Of a stretch of 64,000 nt of DNA, positions 1 through 11,543 are shown in pieces. The position numbers and the translations under genes are program-made. Source of the stretch: Phoronis australis (lineage: Eukaryota; Animalia; Phoronida); assembly GCA_002633005.1 (NCBI GenBank), contig NMRA01000565.1, forward strand, positions 131,682 to 195,681, written 5' to 3'. The notes below the pieces were generated by a model. The model searched no databases, was not told the origin of the DNA, and worked only from the letters and a program-made list of their open reading frames with translations. Positions within the stretch are counted from its first letter, which is position 1. Each line of letters opens with the position of its first letter.

Positions 1-357
1 ATCTACCACTGTTTTGCTACTTTAAGTTTAAAATTTAGATAAGAAGTTATCAACCCGTTCCCGGTAATAAAAACAAGTGGGCAGAAGCATCAGAAATTAA
101 ATAACGAAAACCAATATGAGTGAAACATATCGTTCTTTTGAAAAGTGGCCCTTTGTGAAGATAAACACAAGTTAACCTTTTTAGGCATATTGTAATATTT
201 ATAATGTACCGAGTTAAAACTACTCTCCGGAGTTGCAGGCTGTAACTCTGCAAATGTCAGAGGAAACCAAATTGGGGGTACTAACAACAACCATTGTTGA
301 GACAGTGAAGCGTGAGGTGAAGCGTGAGGAAATATTGAGTTCAGAAAGTAGGACCTG

Positions 358-525
358 TAGTGGCGGAAATCGTGTTCCCGATTTTTTTTTAGTCCACCGA
401 TAGTTTCTGAACAGAAGGTCCACATCCCCGGCCCCCGCAACGTTCGGGCCCCCAGTGCACATACACTCGCGCTTTGCCCAATTCCCCGAGGCAACATGTT
501 GGCCCCCATCCTACATCCGCCACTG
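358..525. mobile_element. Short GC-rich MITE of the (C)AGTGGCGGA...TCCGCCACTG family (hAT-like)
   Basis: Inverted ends agtggcgga / tccgccactg; related ends recur at about 1168, 16365 and 43822; no TSD visible here. Confidence 0.55.
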
Positions 526-1000
526 GTTTAGCCCCGCCAGACACGCCCAAATACCCGAGTTGAGCTAGATCAATTCACTAGGTAACCGTTCGAAACCAAT
601 TGCACGATGTTCAGCGTCACTGTACAGGGTACAACAGTTAGGTGCCATACAATTTCAGGGTGGGGTGCCCTTGCCAGTCGATTATCAAAAAGGGTTAAAA
701 ATTGAGCTAGATGAACCCAAGAGGTAATCGCTTAAAACCAGTTGCAAAATATTCATCGTAAGCCCAGGTAGCACGAATAAACACTGCTAGACAAATCTAG
801 TGGTGGGTTAGCCCTACCATGAGACAAGCCCAAATACCTGAGTTGAGCTAGATCAACGCCACTAGGTAACCGTTTGAAACCAATTGCACGATGCTCAGCA
901 ACACTGCACATGGCATAACAATAAGATGCCAGACAATTTCAGCGGTGTGGTGCCCCTGTCAGACGACTAAAGGAAGGGATGAAATTTGAGGTAAATCGAG
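526..1000. repeat. Degenerate tandem repeat, about 140-bp subunits in an about 280-bp dimer
   Basis: ttgagctagat...ggtaa.cg...aaacca.ttgca recurs at about 560, 700 and 843; 526-670 aligns closely with 806-957. Confidence 0.75.
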
Positions 1001-1167
1001 CAACATTCTGCATGCAACAAAAGGTACCTTACAGACATTTCTAGCCGTGAGGCAGTAGCATTCAGAGGTTTGGTCGATGCAGGGGCGACTTTTTATTAGA
1101 CGCCTCTCTCTCAACTCAAATGCATATATCCTAGTCAGGCCCGTAGCCAGCTATGAGAAGGGGTGGT

Positions 1168-1315
1168 CAGTGGCGGATTTAGAGGGGGCCATGCCCCCCC
1201 TAAAACTCTCCCAGATTCCGTTTGGCAATTGGGGGGTTCGAATATCTGACGAGCAAAATCCTGGCAAATACTCTGCCCTGCCCCCCCCTAACTAAAAATC
1301 CTGGATCCGCCCCTG
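1168..1315. mobile_element. hAT-like MITE (CAGTGGCGGAT...ATCCGCCCCTG)
   Basis: Terminal inverted repeats; same ends as the inverted copy at 43822-44072. Confidence 0.6.
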
Positions 1316-1559
1316 GTAACAGCTCCAAATTTCGAATCCAGACTCAAACTTACAGCTTACATGCTGGGGGGGGGGGGNNGGGGGGGGGGGGAGCAAAGGG
1401 TATAGACAGTAGTCCACGTAAACCAGATAGTGCGCTAGCACAAAATAATACACACTTAACTTGAGTTCACACAAAACTAGAACAGAAAATATCGCAAAGT
1501 TTAAAACCCGAAACTGGGTGTGAATTGCAACATACGCTATGAGTACGATTCCCCAAACA

Positions 1560-2290
1560 ATTTGGAATAGAGGTCAAGAATCAGTAACACCAGTTCCAAT
1601 TGCGCAGTTCTTGGAGAAGTGGGAAGATTTCCAATACATGTTAATTACTTTATAAAATGTATCAAGTATTGGTAAAAAATATTAGACATGTCAAGTGATA
1701 GGCTTCCGAAAGAATCGTGCGAACTGTTGAGAGTACATGTATACGACGAACGTGGAAGAACAACTTGGTCGACTCACATAAGATATTTGCCATGTAAATA
1801 TTGATTTGGGTGTGCCTGGACTCAGCAAGGGGTAGGTGATTATGTGATTTTTCTGTCTGAATTTTAGCAAAAGATGAAGGATTGTGTATTTCAAGAATGG
1901 GAATGTATAGTCGATTTTAATGGTAAAATAACTTTGTATGTTGACGTTTTTCTAGATTCTGCATTGCACAATACCTAGACGTGATGGAAAATGAAAGTTT
2001 ATAACTAAAATTAGATGCTCCAATCATTGTTTAGAAATTGAAGCAGGAAGGGGTAAAATTGATAGGGAATCGAGAAAATGTGTGATTTGCCAAAAGTTTG
2101 GAATCTCTGTAACTGAGGACGAGTTCCGTTTTACCACGAACTGTACTTTGTACGATGATTAACGAGATAAGTTCATTCCTGGATTTAATAATTGCTCATA
2201 TTCTACATTCATTGGGTTAATGCAAGGCGTCTCACATATGGTCAACCTGTCTAAATACCTGCAGTACGCCTGGCGAACCAGAAAAAATAT
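1560..2290 (+). mobile_element. Decayed 3' end of a non-LTR retrotransposon ORF2 (RTE-X-like)
   Basis: Manual translation gives NTSSNCAVLGEVGRFPIHVNYFIKCIKYW*KIL and KIRCSNHCLEIEAGR..RKCVIC..EDEFRF..C.LY..R, the post-RT region and Cys-rich C-terminus typical of such LINEs; contains stops. Confidence 0.75.
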
Positions 2291-2373
2291 ATTATGAGCA
2301 GTACGCCTGGCGAACCAGAAAAAAATATATTATGAGCAGTACGCCTGGCGAACCAGAAAAAAATATATTATGA
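2261..2373 (+). repeat. 37-38 bp tandem repeat x3 at the LINE ORF end
   Basis: gcagtacgcctggcgaaccagaaaaaa(a)tatattatga occurs three times. Confidence 0.95.
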
Positions 2374-3997
2374 ATATAGATGATAAGCTGTACATGTATA
2401 CTAGTTATGTCAGGCTTTCAAGTTCAATAAAATTTATTCTTTTTCGAAATCGTTGGTACACCGATATACCGCCGTGATATGGGATGGACTCCCGCCCGCT
2501 TACCTTCGAGGTTGTGTGGTTCCGTAGCGGTAACGCGGTTTCGATGAAATATTCTCGGGAACACATTGAAAAGAATTTGTTGTTGTATACAGGGGACTTC
2601 TGCCACATTTCCTCTGCGTTGTTGGGACTTCGTATCAGTAAATGTTGTATGGATTTCTGACACGACACGCGTAATACGGAATGGAGAATGAGGTGCGCAA
2701 ATCCTGCCCTGACTACACCAGTAATGTGTGCGGACCCTGGGCGCAGGTATCACATGGTTCATGGACTTTCCATTTATTTTAATAAATATTAAAGTATTTG
2801 AATCGGAAGATGCAAATCTTGGTTTAGGAGCACGCTTTTAACTTATCAATGCAAGATATCCACATGTACCGAATATACCTATGACGCGCATTCATGACAT
2901 GAATTTGTCATTTACATTGAGTACCCGCTTGCATCGACTCATCATCCAGCGAGTCCAGGCAGCTTATTTCCGTATCCTCTATGTTCCTTATACCTCAGTC
3001 TAATCAGGTGAAGGAGTGCCTTCCTTATCAGCCAAGAAGCTGAAGTCCGTTTAGTTTTGACGTGCGTAACCCAGTTACAGTGAACCGAGTTTTATGACTC
3101 GAGCACCGATTTCAGTTAACATTTACGTTCTACATATTTGTGGATGTGAAAATTTTTTACTTAGTGGTCTCCATTCTAACTAGCATATCAAACAAACCAG
3201 GCTTTGTCAACTAGTAAAAGTATAATTATATTTACTGCAACACAAAAGATCATCAGGGATTATAAAAATATATTTTAAATTTACGCGCCATTATTATGGT
3301 TACTCGAACACCTTTTTAAAGTCAAAATTTCATTTTTAAGAGAGGAACATTCATTATAGTAAAATATCGTCTCAGTCGATTTTGTGCACAGTGCTAAGCT
3401 GGAGGCGTCTGGACTTACTTTGATCTGTCAGCGAAAATAATTCAAAAGTGTGTGTACAAAAATTGGCCATTTTTACAATATTTCACGTATGTCTAGCAAA
3501 ATACCAGTCTTATCTTCATTCTCAGGAAACTTCAAATACAAAACATATACCGTGTAGAGAGAAAAAAGAAGAACAAAACCACCTAGGAACCGCACAACCT
3601 GCTGGTTGATGTAAAAGTCAGTGTAAATGAAAAGTTCATAAAATGGTTGACAATACGTTTTCGCAACAACATTGATCCATTGTACATAATACAGCCACAA
3701 ACTTAAGAAGCTCTGCTGACAAAAAGAACTTGTTCTACTCAGATCGGTGAGACATGATTGTTGGTGAATAGCAGTTCTCTATTGCTCGAAGCCATAACCA
3801 GAGAGTGAAAGGACCTACTTCAGTTCACACCGTATTGTGGCCTCTCTATCGGGAATAATGAAGAGTCAGGTCACCCAAGTCCAGATAATAATTCTAGTCT
3901 AAACAAGAAACACATCGTGCCCAATTTTATTGTAAGAAACAATCCTAAATGAAGAGCTGTCTTTTACAGAAAGCAAGATTGATGAAGACCAGGCATG

Positions 3998-4809
3998 CAC
4001 CCGTTCCAAATGCCGTAACACCATTCAAGAGTCTATTAAATGCAAGTCATTACATGCTTGCAGCTCACTGTAATATATTACTATACACTGTAAAACCCTT
4101 CAACAAGCCCACAATGAGATGGCCTTCTCTTTGAGCAACGTGAACGAGTGTGAAGTCGTGAGACCTAAGAGTTCTGGGATAGCAGTACTTTCATCTGAGG
4201 TGCCACTTTGAAAATTCGGCGCAAGATAGATTGCCGTTAGTCTCGAAGTGAACATAAGCCAAAATCTTGGCAACAAGAGTAAACATTGACTTGATCCTGG
4301 AGCGCACTGTAACACGCATGTAAGACTCGTTGAAGAGTGTTACGGTGTATAATGTATTGTAATAATATATTACAGTGAGCTGCAAGCATGTAACATCTTG
4401 CATTTAATAGAATCTTGAATGGTGTTACGGCGTTTGGAACGGGTGCATTGTAGTAATATATTACAGTGAGCTGCAAGCATGTAACAGCTTGCATTTAATA
4501 GACTCTTGAATGGTGTTACGGCGTTTGGAACGGGTGCATTGTAGTAATATATTACAGTGAGCTGCAAGCATGTAACATCTTGCATTTAATAGAATCTTGA
4601 ATGGTGTTACGGCCTTTGGAACGGGTGCATTGTAGTAATATATTACAGTGAGCTGCAAGCATGTAACATCTTGCATTTAATAGAATCTTGAATGGTGTTA
4701 CGGCGTTTGGAACGGGTGCATTGTAGTAATACATTACAGTGAGCTGCAAGCATGTAACATCTTGCATTTAATAGACTCTTGAATGGTGTTACGGTGTTTG
4801 GAACGGGTG
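3998..4809. mobile_element. CAC-ended foldback/MITE element whose right arm is tandemly amplified
   Basis: Left arm 3998-about 4110 (cacccgttccaaa...) is the reverse complement of the repeat unit plus 4322-4350; flanks are ggcatg / ggcatc. Confidence 0.7.
4355..4809. repeat. 91-bp tandem repeat x5
   Basis: Near-identical units cattgtagtaatatattacagtgagctgcaagcatgtaacatcttgcatttaatagaatcttgaatggtgttacggcgtttggaacgggtg; the ORF track shows the 91-nt period. Confidence 0.97.
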
Positions 4810-4814
4810 GGCAT

Positions 4815-5170
4815 CGGGGTTCAACCTTTTTACTGGAATTCAAAATAACTTTTGTTGTTTTCTTTTCTAATTTTGTGAGAACCCAAGATGACTCGAATTT
4901 CGACTTTTTGCTCGAAATTGCGAGTTTTTCCTCGAGTTTGTACCTGGAATCTAGGAGTCACGGAGTGTGAACTTGGACAGAAACTCATATGCATAAACCG
5001 TGATGTATTCGAGAGCAAAATAATTATCTTTAGTTCGCGCAAAAGTAGAATAAAAATACCACTAATTATATCGAGTTGCATTTCGAGTACGAACAGTAGA
5101 AGCCGGGCCCGATTACAAACTGTAGACCCCGCGCCCGAGTACAAACAGTAGACCCCGGGCCCGAGTACAA
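4815..5170. mobile_element. Diverged inverted copy of the TCGA-rich MITE family also at 9190-9588
   Basis: 4890-5015 matches the reverse complement of 9290-9410 and 5023-5090 matches 9503-9570; ends in three about 26-bp repeats (gagtacaaacagtagaccccgggccc). Confidence 0.65.
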
Positions 5171-5203
5171 AATTGTTGAGTTCAGGCTTAGAAAGTCTCT
5201 TAC

Positions 5204-5242
5204 CGCCACGTGCACAAAATACGACCTTCGCTCCATGTCGAA
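5204..5242 (-). CDS. HSD17B14: Short-chain dehydrogenase/reductase (HSD17B14-like), coding exon 2
   Basis: tttttgcag|39 nt|gtaaga, phase 1-1, encodes VRHGAKVVFCARG and continues exon 1 in frame. Confidence 0.8.
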
Positions 5243-6970
5243 CTGCAAAAATTAAAAAGACAATAAAATAAGGTTAAGGTGAAACAGTACTTTGCACAAA
5301 ATCGAAGAGGTTATTATAAAAATATATAAGTAACTGTCACTGCGTGAATCGAGCAGTGAGCAGACCAACTTAACAACCCCCAAGAAAATTCAATACAACG
5401 CTTCGTACATTTAACTCTGATACAATATGGACCTTTTGTTAATTGAGCTCGTACACGGCTGAAGACTTGCGTAATAATTGCGGGCTTAGAGCGAGGTGCA
5501 TGTTTGACAAATAAGCTACTTTTGTACTGAAGGAGTACTGACAGACATTATCAGCGAGGTAATTTTAAACGACGTGCATGTAGCAATAGCTAGAGCGGAA
5601 TGGAACCCATCAACTCCTTAGTGGCATCTGCCCTGCCCTGGATTCCACGCGTTAACTAGAAAAGTGTTTTCAAACACTGGTGAGGACACAACCAGTAGAC
5701 AGATTGTTTCCCGTTGTACTTTAGTACTAAATTCAAATTAAGGCCATCATTATTCAAAAACCTACTTGTGCTTATAGTTGGGATAAAAAGCACCACAGGT
5801 AAATTATATTGATAGTATTTTTCCCTGTTTCCATGGTCAATTAGGTTTAATGAAATCAGTTTGTAGACTATAATACGATAAATTTGGATAATTTATGCGT
5901 GTAATGACCCGGCCCCATTATCCAAAATTCGGATTCTGTTCGTAAAACTGGAGTGGATCATCAACAGAAGTGCGAAGACAACACTCTTATCTGCGTAAAA
6001 CGTACTACTGGAGCACAGAATACTGGACAAACATTGACCTCGAGTTCGCAATAAAGTAGAACGTTAATTATTTCCAGTTCGATTTGGAGTACAAATACAA
6101 GATACTGTAGTCCTACAAAACTAACATGTTGATAAACTGTGGTTTGGTATTTAGAACATTTATGAATCAGTATGATACTCGGTTCTTGTCACATGTGTAA
6201 ATATACGATAAGTGAAGATCTAGGATAATCTTACTTATAAGTCAACTCTAAAGGGGTTCATTATTTTGCAAACACTTTGATAACCCCTTGTCACTAGAAG
6301 AGTTTAAGTCACCTGTTCTGTTTTTGTCCTGTTGTTAATGAAAACAATGCAAAATCCACCTTCATGCAACGCTAAACGTTGTGTAGTTTTATCAAGTATT
6401 TCCCGAATTTTTACCAGTCAACTGCTTTGTGTTGACGTCACACTGAGCTTCAAATAGGCTAAGGTCAGTTGGCTGTGAAGTGACGGCTAGTGCCTGTGGA
6501 TGTGTGCGAGAAGTAAATTGAACACGGACTTTTAATAGCCTGAACAACGCTTTTAAAATCACTTTCGGGATGACAGTTGAATGACAAAAAGATATGGAAC
6601 GATTAAAATTTGGACGAAACACTCCGACTTTACCAACTAGGGCTTGCTGCAACAACACTGTCAGTGCCGTATGAAACTCTGGACGCCAACACCTCTCCAA
6701 GTTAATTAAGTTCTTCCAGGTCGTTACCTATTTTCCCCACAAACCAACGAACTACGTACTTCTGCCTTACAAATTCTGTGAAATGATTCAAGGCATTATC
6801 CTCTAACGTCGCCGTCACCGTACGTTTTAGTCTGTCAGATTGCGACTATGCACGCCGCAATATCGATCGTACAGCTCTGGTGGGTAAAACCATCATAGCG
6901 TTTACCAGAAATAACTGAAGTCAAGAGACGGATTTTAGCATAACGTTAGTCAATTTACATTGTAACTCAC

Positions 6971-7061
6971 CAAATACTCTCACACAGCCAAGTCCTATGC
7001 CTTTACTGCCGCCACTAACTATGACCACTTTGCCATCATATCGCAGCGAGGAAGTCGCCAT
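6971..7061 (-). CDS. HSD17B14: Short-chain dehydrogenase/reductase (HSD17B14-like), coding exon 1
   Basis: ATG then MATSSLRYDGKVVIVSGGSKGIGLGCVRVF, ending at G|gtgagt. Classical SDR GxxxGxG NAD(P)-binding motif; N-terminus resembles HSD17B14 as recalled. SDR call firm, orthology less so. Confidence 0.82.
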
Positions 7062-7649
7062 AACGAGGTCGCTGCCTGCCGGTTTCAAATTGCGCTGCCT
7101 GAGCTCTGCGAGTTCACAGCTGATAAACAGGCCAATCCTACCGAACAGTATTGGGTATTATACCGTTAAAACTAATTAAGTGAGGGTTTCAGCGTTGGTC
7201 CAGGGCAAAACGGCCATATTGCCTTCAACGCATTTTATCATTTAGCAAAATATTATAACTTTACAACTAAGTAACTAAACAGATTATGTTAAATTCAGTT
7301 AAATTTGAAAACAACTTTATGTTGAATGAGCATTATTTGGGCTTTTACTTTAGTCGAAACTTTTAACTAACTTTAGGTAAAATCTGTTCTCAGTGAAGCG
7401 GAATGAATATTTTTAAAGAATGTGCTTCAATACATCACGTAGCGACAACTCAAGCGTATGCACTCCTGTTAGTCGTTTGCCCACATAAACAAATCTTATC
7501 TTTTCATAATGTGTGTGTACGTTGATATATTATTGGACAACTGAGAATAGGGCTGCGACACGGTTGACCACTCGAAGCAGCTAAGCGCCAGCCAGCTTTC
7601 GGTGTACCAGTGCGAGGTTGTAGAAAACAGTACCAAACAGGAACGAAAT

Positions 7650-8810
7650 ACACAGCAGGGACTCAACCCAATATGTTTCACTTAGAGATTCAACTTCCAG
7701 CCGAGTTGGTTACCAATATCTACCGGAGTTCCCCAAGACTGTACTTGCCCACTTTTCCTTGATGTTGACGACACTTGCCTCGTCACACCTTACAAACTGA
7801 TTGCGTCTTCCCAATACACCTTACAGCAATCAACCACCATCAACAAAAACCTAGCTCTATTTCAGACTGTTTTCCGTGAACAAACTTTCAATTAACACGA
7901 CAAAAAGTAAATTAATGACATTTCACTACCCCCAACATTTATATAAATAGCAAAACAGTATGTCATGTGCACATTGCCTTGGTATTACCGCTTACAAAAA
8001 CCTCTCATGGTCCTCCCAAATATACCTCATCTCAAAACTAACTTAACAATCTCGGCGGACTTATACATAAATTGAAATCTTATCTTCCTCTTCCAGCTCT
8101 CAAGCTAATATATAATTCACTTGTCCTCCAACATTTAAACTATGGCATTGTAACTTGGGGTTTTGGCTACACTAGGAAATTCCAGACAGCCCAGAAAAGA
8201 ATACTTCGGAATATATAAAATTCCATTGCTCACGCTGTGCCCATGTGCTATGTAAGGAACTTCGCCTCCCTCTACCTGAATCAATACTCAGCTGCTATGC
8301 CAACAATACAACTCAAGATTTTAATTCCTCCGTCCAACAAATTGCCATCAAGGGCCTGTAATAGATTTGAAATTCCTCGACTTATGAACAACAACGAAAT
8401 ACCAGTCTCTGCTCTAAATGTAATAAAGCACATTCTTTGCAAGCTTCCTACGGGCTCTTAACCAATTTTATTATTAGCAACTACGATCCAGTTTGTCATT
8501 TTCCAATTGCTTCGTATGTAGCAGTGTCTAATTGTATTCCCAAAATCTCCAGAGCTGTGACAGTCGGCTACATGTACTTTTTGGTTCCTGGCGTGTCAGT
8601 CGTTTTCAGCGCTAATTCACTTTGTTTTCTTTAGTATGTCGGTTTCCTCACCTATGCTTACTGATTTTTGCATTTCCATTTATTTATTTTATACAGGGTA
8701 CCTTCTTATAAGCGGTCGCCTTTAGAAGGCCTCCTAATTGAAATCGAATCATTTAATCATTGTATTAATATTACGACTTAATGCAAATAAAAGCGTTTCT
8801 CTCTCTCTCA
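7650..8810 (+). mobile_element. 5'-truncated, decayed CR1-group LINE (L2/Crack/Daphne-like): RT end and 3' UTR
   Basis: Fragments GVPQ, VDDTCL, NKLSINTTKSKLMTF, IYNSLVLQHLNYGIVTWG and QKRILRNI; ends in aataaa plus a (CT)n tail. Confidence 0.8.
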
Positions 8811-9189
8811 ACCAAGTTCCCCAAATCTACTGCGTGTTTGTGGGCTTGTGAAAACACTGAGTCTCATCACTAAATAAATTTTTAGATTGGACAGAAATCA
8901 AGAATGAACTCTGTGTATAGTTCTCAATTAAAAAAGGATCTTTTCATGCAACGCCTATAATTTAAGGACTAAAGTCCCTTAGTGTTATGACTGAACTAAG
9001 TAAAGGGTTCAGTTTTTAGTTATATTATTAGAAAATGTCGTAAGGCAAAGAGGAGCTCATAATAAAGATAACTATATCACAATATTAGCGTCGAATGGCT
9101 GCTACAACCGTGTAGTAACCCATTTAGTTATCTCACTAGTGAGATAATAACATTTCTGGCGGGAAAGCGAGGCCGGTTTCGAAACCGGC

Positions 9190-9588
9190 GCCCGGTCTCT
9201 AATCTTTGTACTCGAAACGAACTCGAAACTATTTTTGGCAATTTCTCTGCTCCTTTTGTGCGAACTTAAGATAATTGGTTATCAGACTGTGCTCGAATAC
9301 ATTATAGTTTATGCATAGGAGTTTCTAGTTCAAGTTTGCCCTTGAAGACCCTTATATTTGTGCTACAAACTACAGTAAAAACTCGAAATTTCGAGTTCAA
9401 ACTCGAACTTATTGCTTTAATATTGGGTTTACAAACTCTGAACTAAGGGCAATAAATTATTTACGTAAGTTATTGTGTACTCGAGCATAGAATAATAGAC
9501 ACTTATCTTGAGTTCGCCCAAAAGTAGAGTAGAAAATGCCAAACCTAATTTCGAGTTCCATTTCGAGTAAAAAGATTGGAGACCGGGC
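9190..9588. mobile_element. MITE with TIRs gcccggtctc(t/c)aatcttt(g/t)tactcgaaa, inserted into the tRNA-like T-arm
   Basis: Inverted termini; absent from the homologous site at about 17535; flanks ccggc / ccggg. Confidence 0.75.
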
Positions 9589-9678
9589 CCGGGCCTCAAG
9601 AGTTTCGAGTCACCGACTTTACCACTTCACCACTCAGCGGCTGACATCAACGAACGTGAAAATAGAATACTTAAATGA

Positions 9679-11543
9679 CACGGGTGAAAAACAACATGAC
9701 CGCCGGTCCTCTAACGAAATCGGACCGTCACCCAAAACAGGACCTCCGGAGATCAAATGGGTCCGTCGCACCACAAAATGGGACTGACGCACCTAAAAAC
9801 ATGACCGCCCCACCAGAAAACAGGACCGCCGGGGACTGAACATGACCGCCGGACAATATGTACACTGTAGTTATCAATGTCTTTGCCATGACACTGCTTG
9901 TGATTAAGTAACCGGTCAGCTAGCTGTGCAAAGACTCGCCAAAATAAAGCTCGGTAGCACTGCGTTATTGAGCTCCGTTACATCCCCGAAATTTCCCACA
10001 GCCCGGGTATAGTTCAGCTCGTCACCTCGTCGTGAAACTTTAGAGTAAGCGAGCGGAGCAGGCGCATGCAAAATCTAGGAGTCAATCCACAGGCGTCCTC
10101 AGCTTCTAATCGTCCCCAATACACTACATATAATACTACCGACATCGTGACTTTACGCGACCGATGTCGGTACTTCCGTAACTCACCGGCAATTTCCGTA
10201 CCGTCCTTGACCTCGAGCGGCAACCGATGGACGTGCGCGGGGTTTTTTTGTGAACATTTTTGTTCTTTGACTGCGAATTTCTTACGAAGTCACCGGAACA
10301 GGACACCGTGAATGGTATTGGGAGAAAGAACAATTCTTCATGGTTTGTTGAACCTCTGTTTTGTGTAAATTTATTGAGTTTTATGTTTGTTATGGACGGC
10401 TGAAGTGAAGCACCCGTGGAATTTCTGGTCGGAAGTGTCCTACCTTGTAGTATTATATGTAGTGTATTGGGGACGATCAGAAGCTGAGGACGCCTGTGAG
10501 TCAATCAATACTCACTCTGCAGGTTGCAGCCGCTTGAGTGAAAAACAATCTAATGAACGTCATCTGTTTGCCTAATGTAACAAAAAAGTCTGTCGCGCTC
10601 GTGACAAGAGCACGCGACATGTCCTAAAAATTTGCGACCATCTTTCGGAAGATGATGACTCAACTCGCAGCCTCACGGTTTGTTCTGAAACTCCATTTGC
10701 TGGTATTAAATTTAAAATACTAAAAACTTATGACGAAATGAAACTAGTTCCGATAATTTGTTGTGCCATGTGCGCAACCTCGTAGAAGAGAAGAAGAGCT
10801 GACTGAACGGTGAAAAAATTAAGGAACTGGTCAATGTAAAGCCGACCTAAAAGAACGCATCTCAATTTTAGCAGCAGAATAACTACAGAACGACATTTTT
10901 TCCGGGCGAGCGCCGATAAATAATTTAGTTTACTCAAAGAAGAGTATCGTTAATAACACTAATTCGGTGAAGATTTTATATGTTCAGTGTTTTACCGACA
11001 TCGGCGCCAAGCTGTATATTTAGTATACTGCTTTGCCGCACAAAGGATAGTTATGATGCTTCACCCAAGAACCAAAACGCCCGTTTTTTTCTTCACTAAA
11101 ATTGGAGAAAACGATTTTCATTTTGTTCTAAAACTTACGCAGTGGATAAAGTTGTAATTATTTAGCTCAAAAGCGTGCAACGTGGTTGGTTTGTGGTTAA
11201 AACTCAAAAGCGCCGCGTGTTACAAAGCGAAGTGTTCTGTAGCGCACAACAGATTTCGTTGGAGTAATCGGCACGAGACCTGCATATGCATATGTATATA
11301 GCTCCATTGTATGATCTGTGTAGGCTTACCGGTAATAAATCTTAACTTGCTTGTCACTGCGGTTTCAATCCCCGGCGGTCATGTTCAATCCCCGGCGGTC
11401 CTGTTTTCTGGTGGGGCGGTCATGTTTTTGGTGAGTCAGTCCCATTTTCTGATGCAACGGTGCCATTTGATCCCCGGAGGTCCTGTTTTGTGTGAGTCGG
11501 TCCGATTTAAGAGGGCCGGCGGTCATGTTGTTTCTCACCCGTG
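9679..11543. mobile_element. Non-autonomous DNA transposon, CAC...GTG ends, about 172-bp TIRs, 5-bp TSD (Transib/RAG-like signature), copy 1
   Basis: aatga|CACGGGTG...CACCCGTG|aatga; a single aatga at the empty homologous site (about 17608); second copy at 34549-36502. Confidence 0.9.
10088..10498. mobile_element. 411-bp MITE with 52-bp TIRs and 8-bp TSD (P-element-like CANRG ends)
   Basis: agtcaatc|CACAGGCGTCC...GGACGCCTGTG|agtcaatc; one mismatch between TIRs; the homologous site in copy 2 (about 36092) has one agtcaatc. Confidence 0.9.

Noticed and set aside
212-2762. Possible minus-strand exons (about 2514-2657 and 212-249)
   Set aside because: Splice-like signals exist, but the peptides do not resemble SDR or any family I recognise.
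4355-4809. CRISPR-like array or repeated 71-aa ORFs
   Set aside because: Units are contiguous with no unique spacers, no cas genes are present and the context is eukaryotic; the ORFs are by-products of the repeat.
10576-10785. 69-codon open frame ending VPIICCAMC, reminiscent of a Chapaev/RAG1 zinc finger
   Set aside because: No start codon; copy 2 has a 7-nt indel and lacks the last Cys, so the frame is not conserved.
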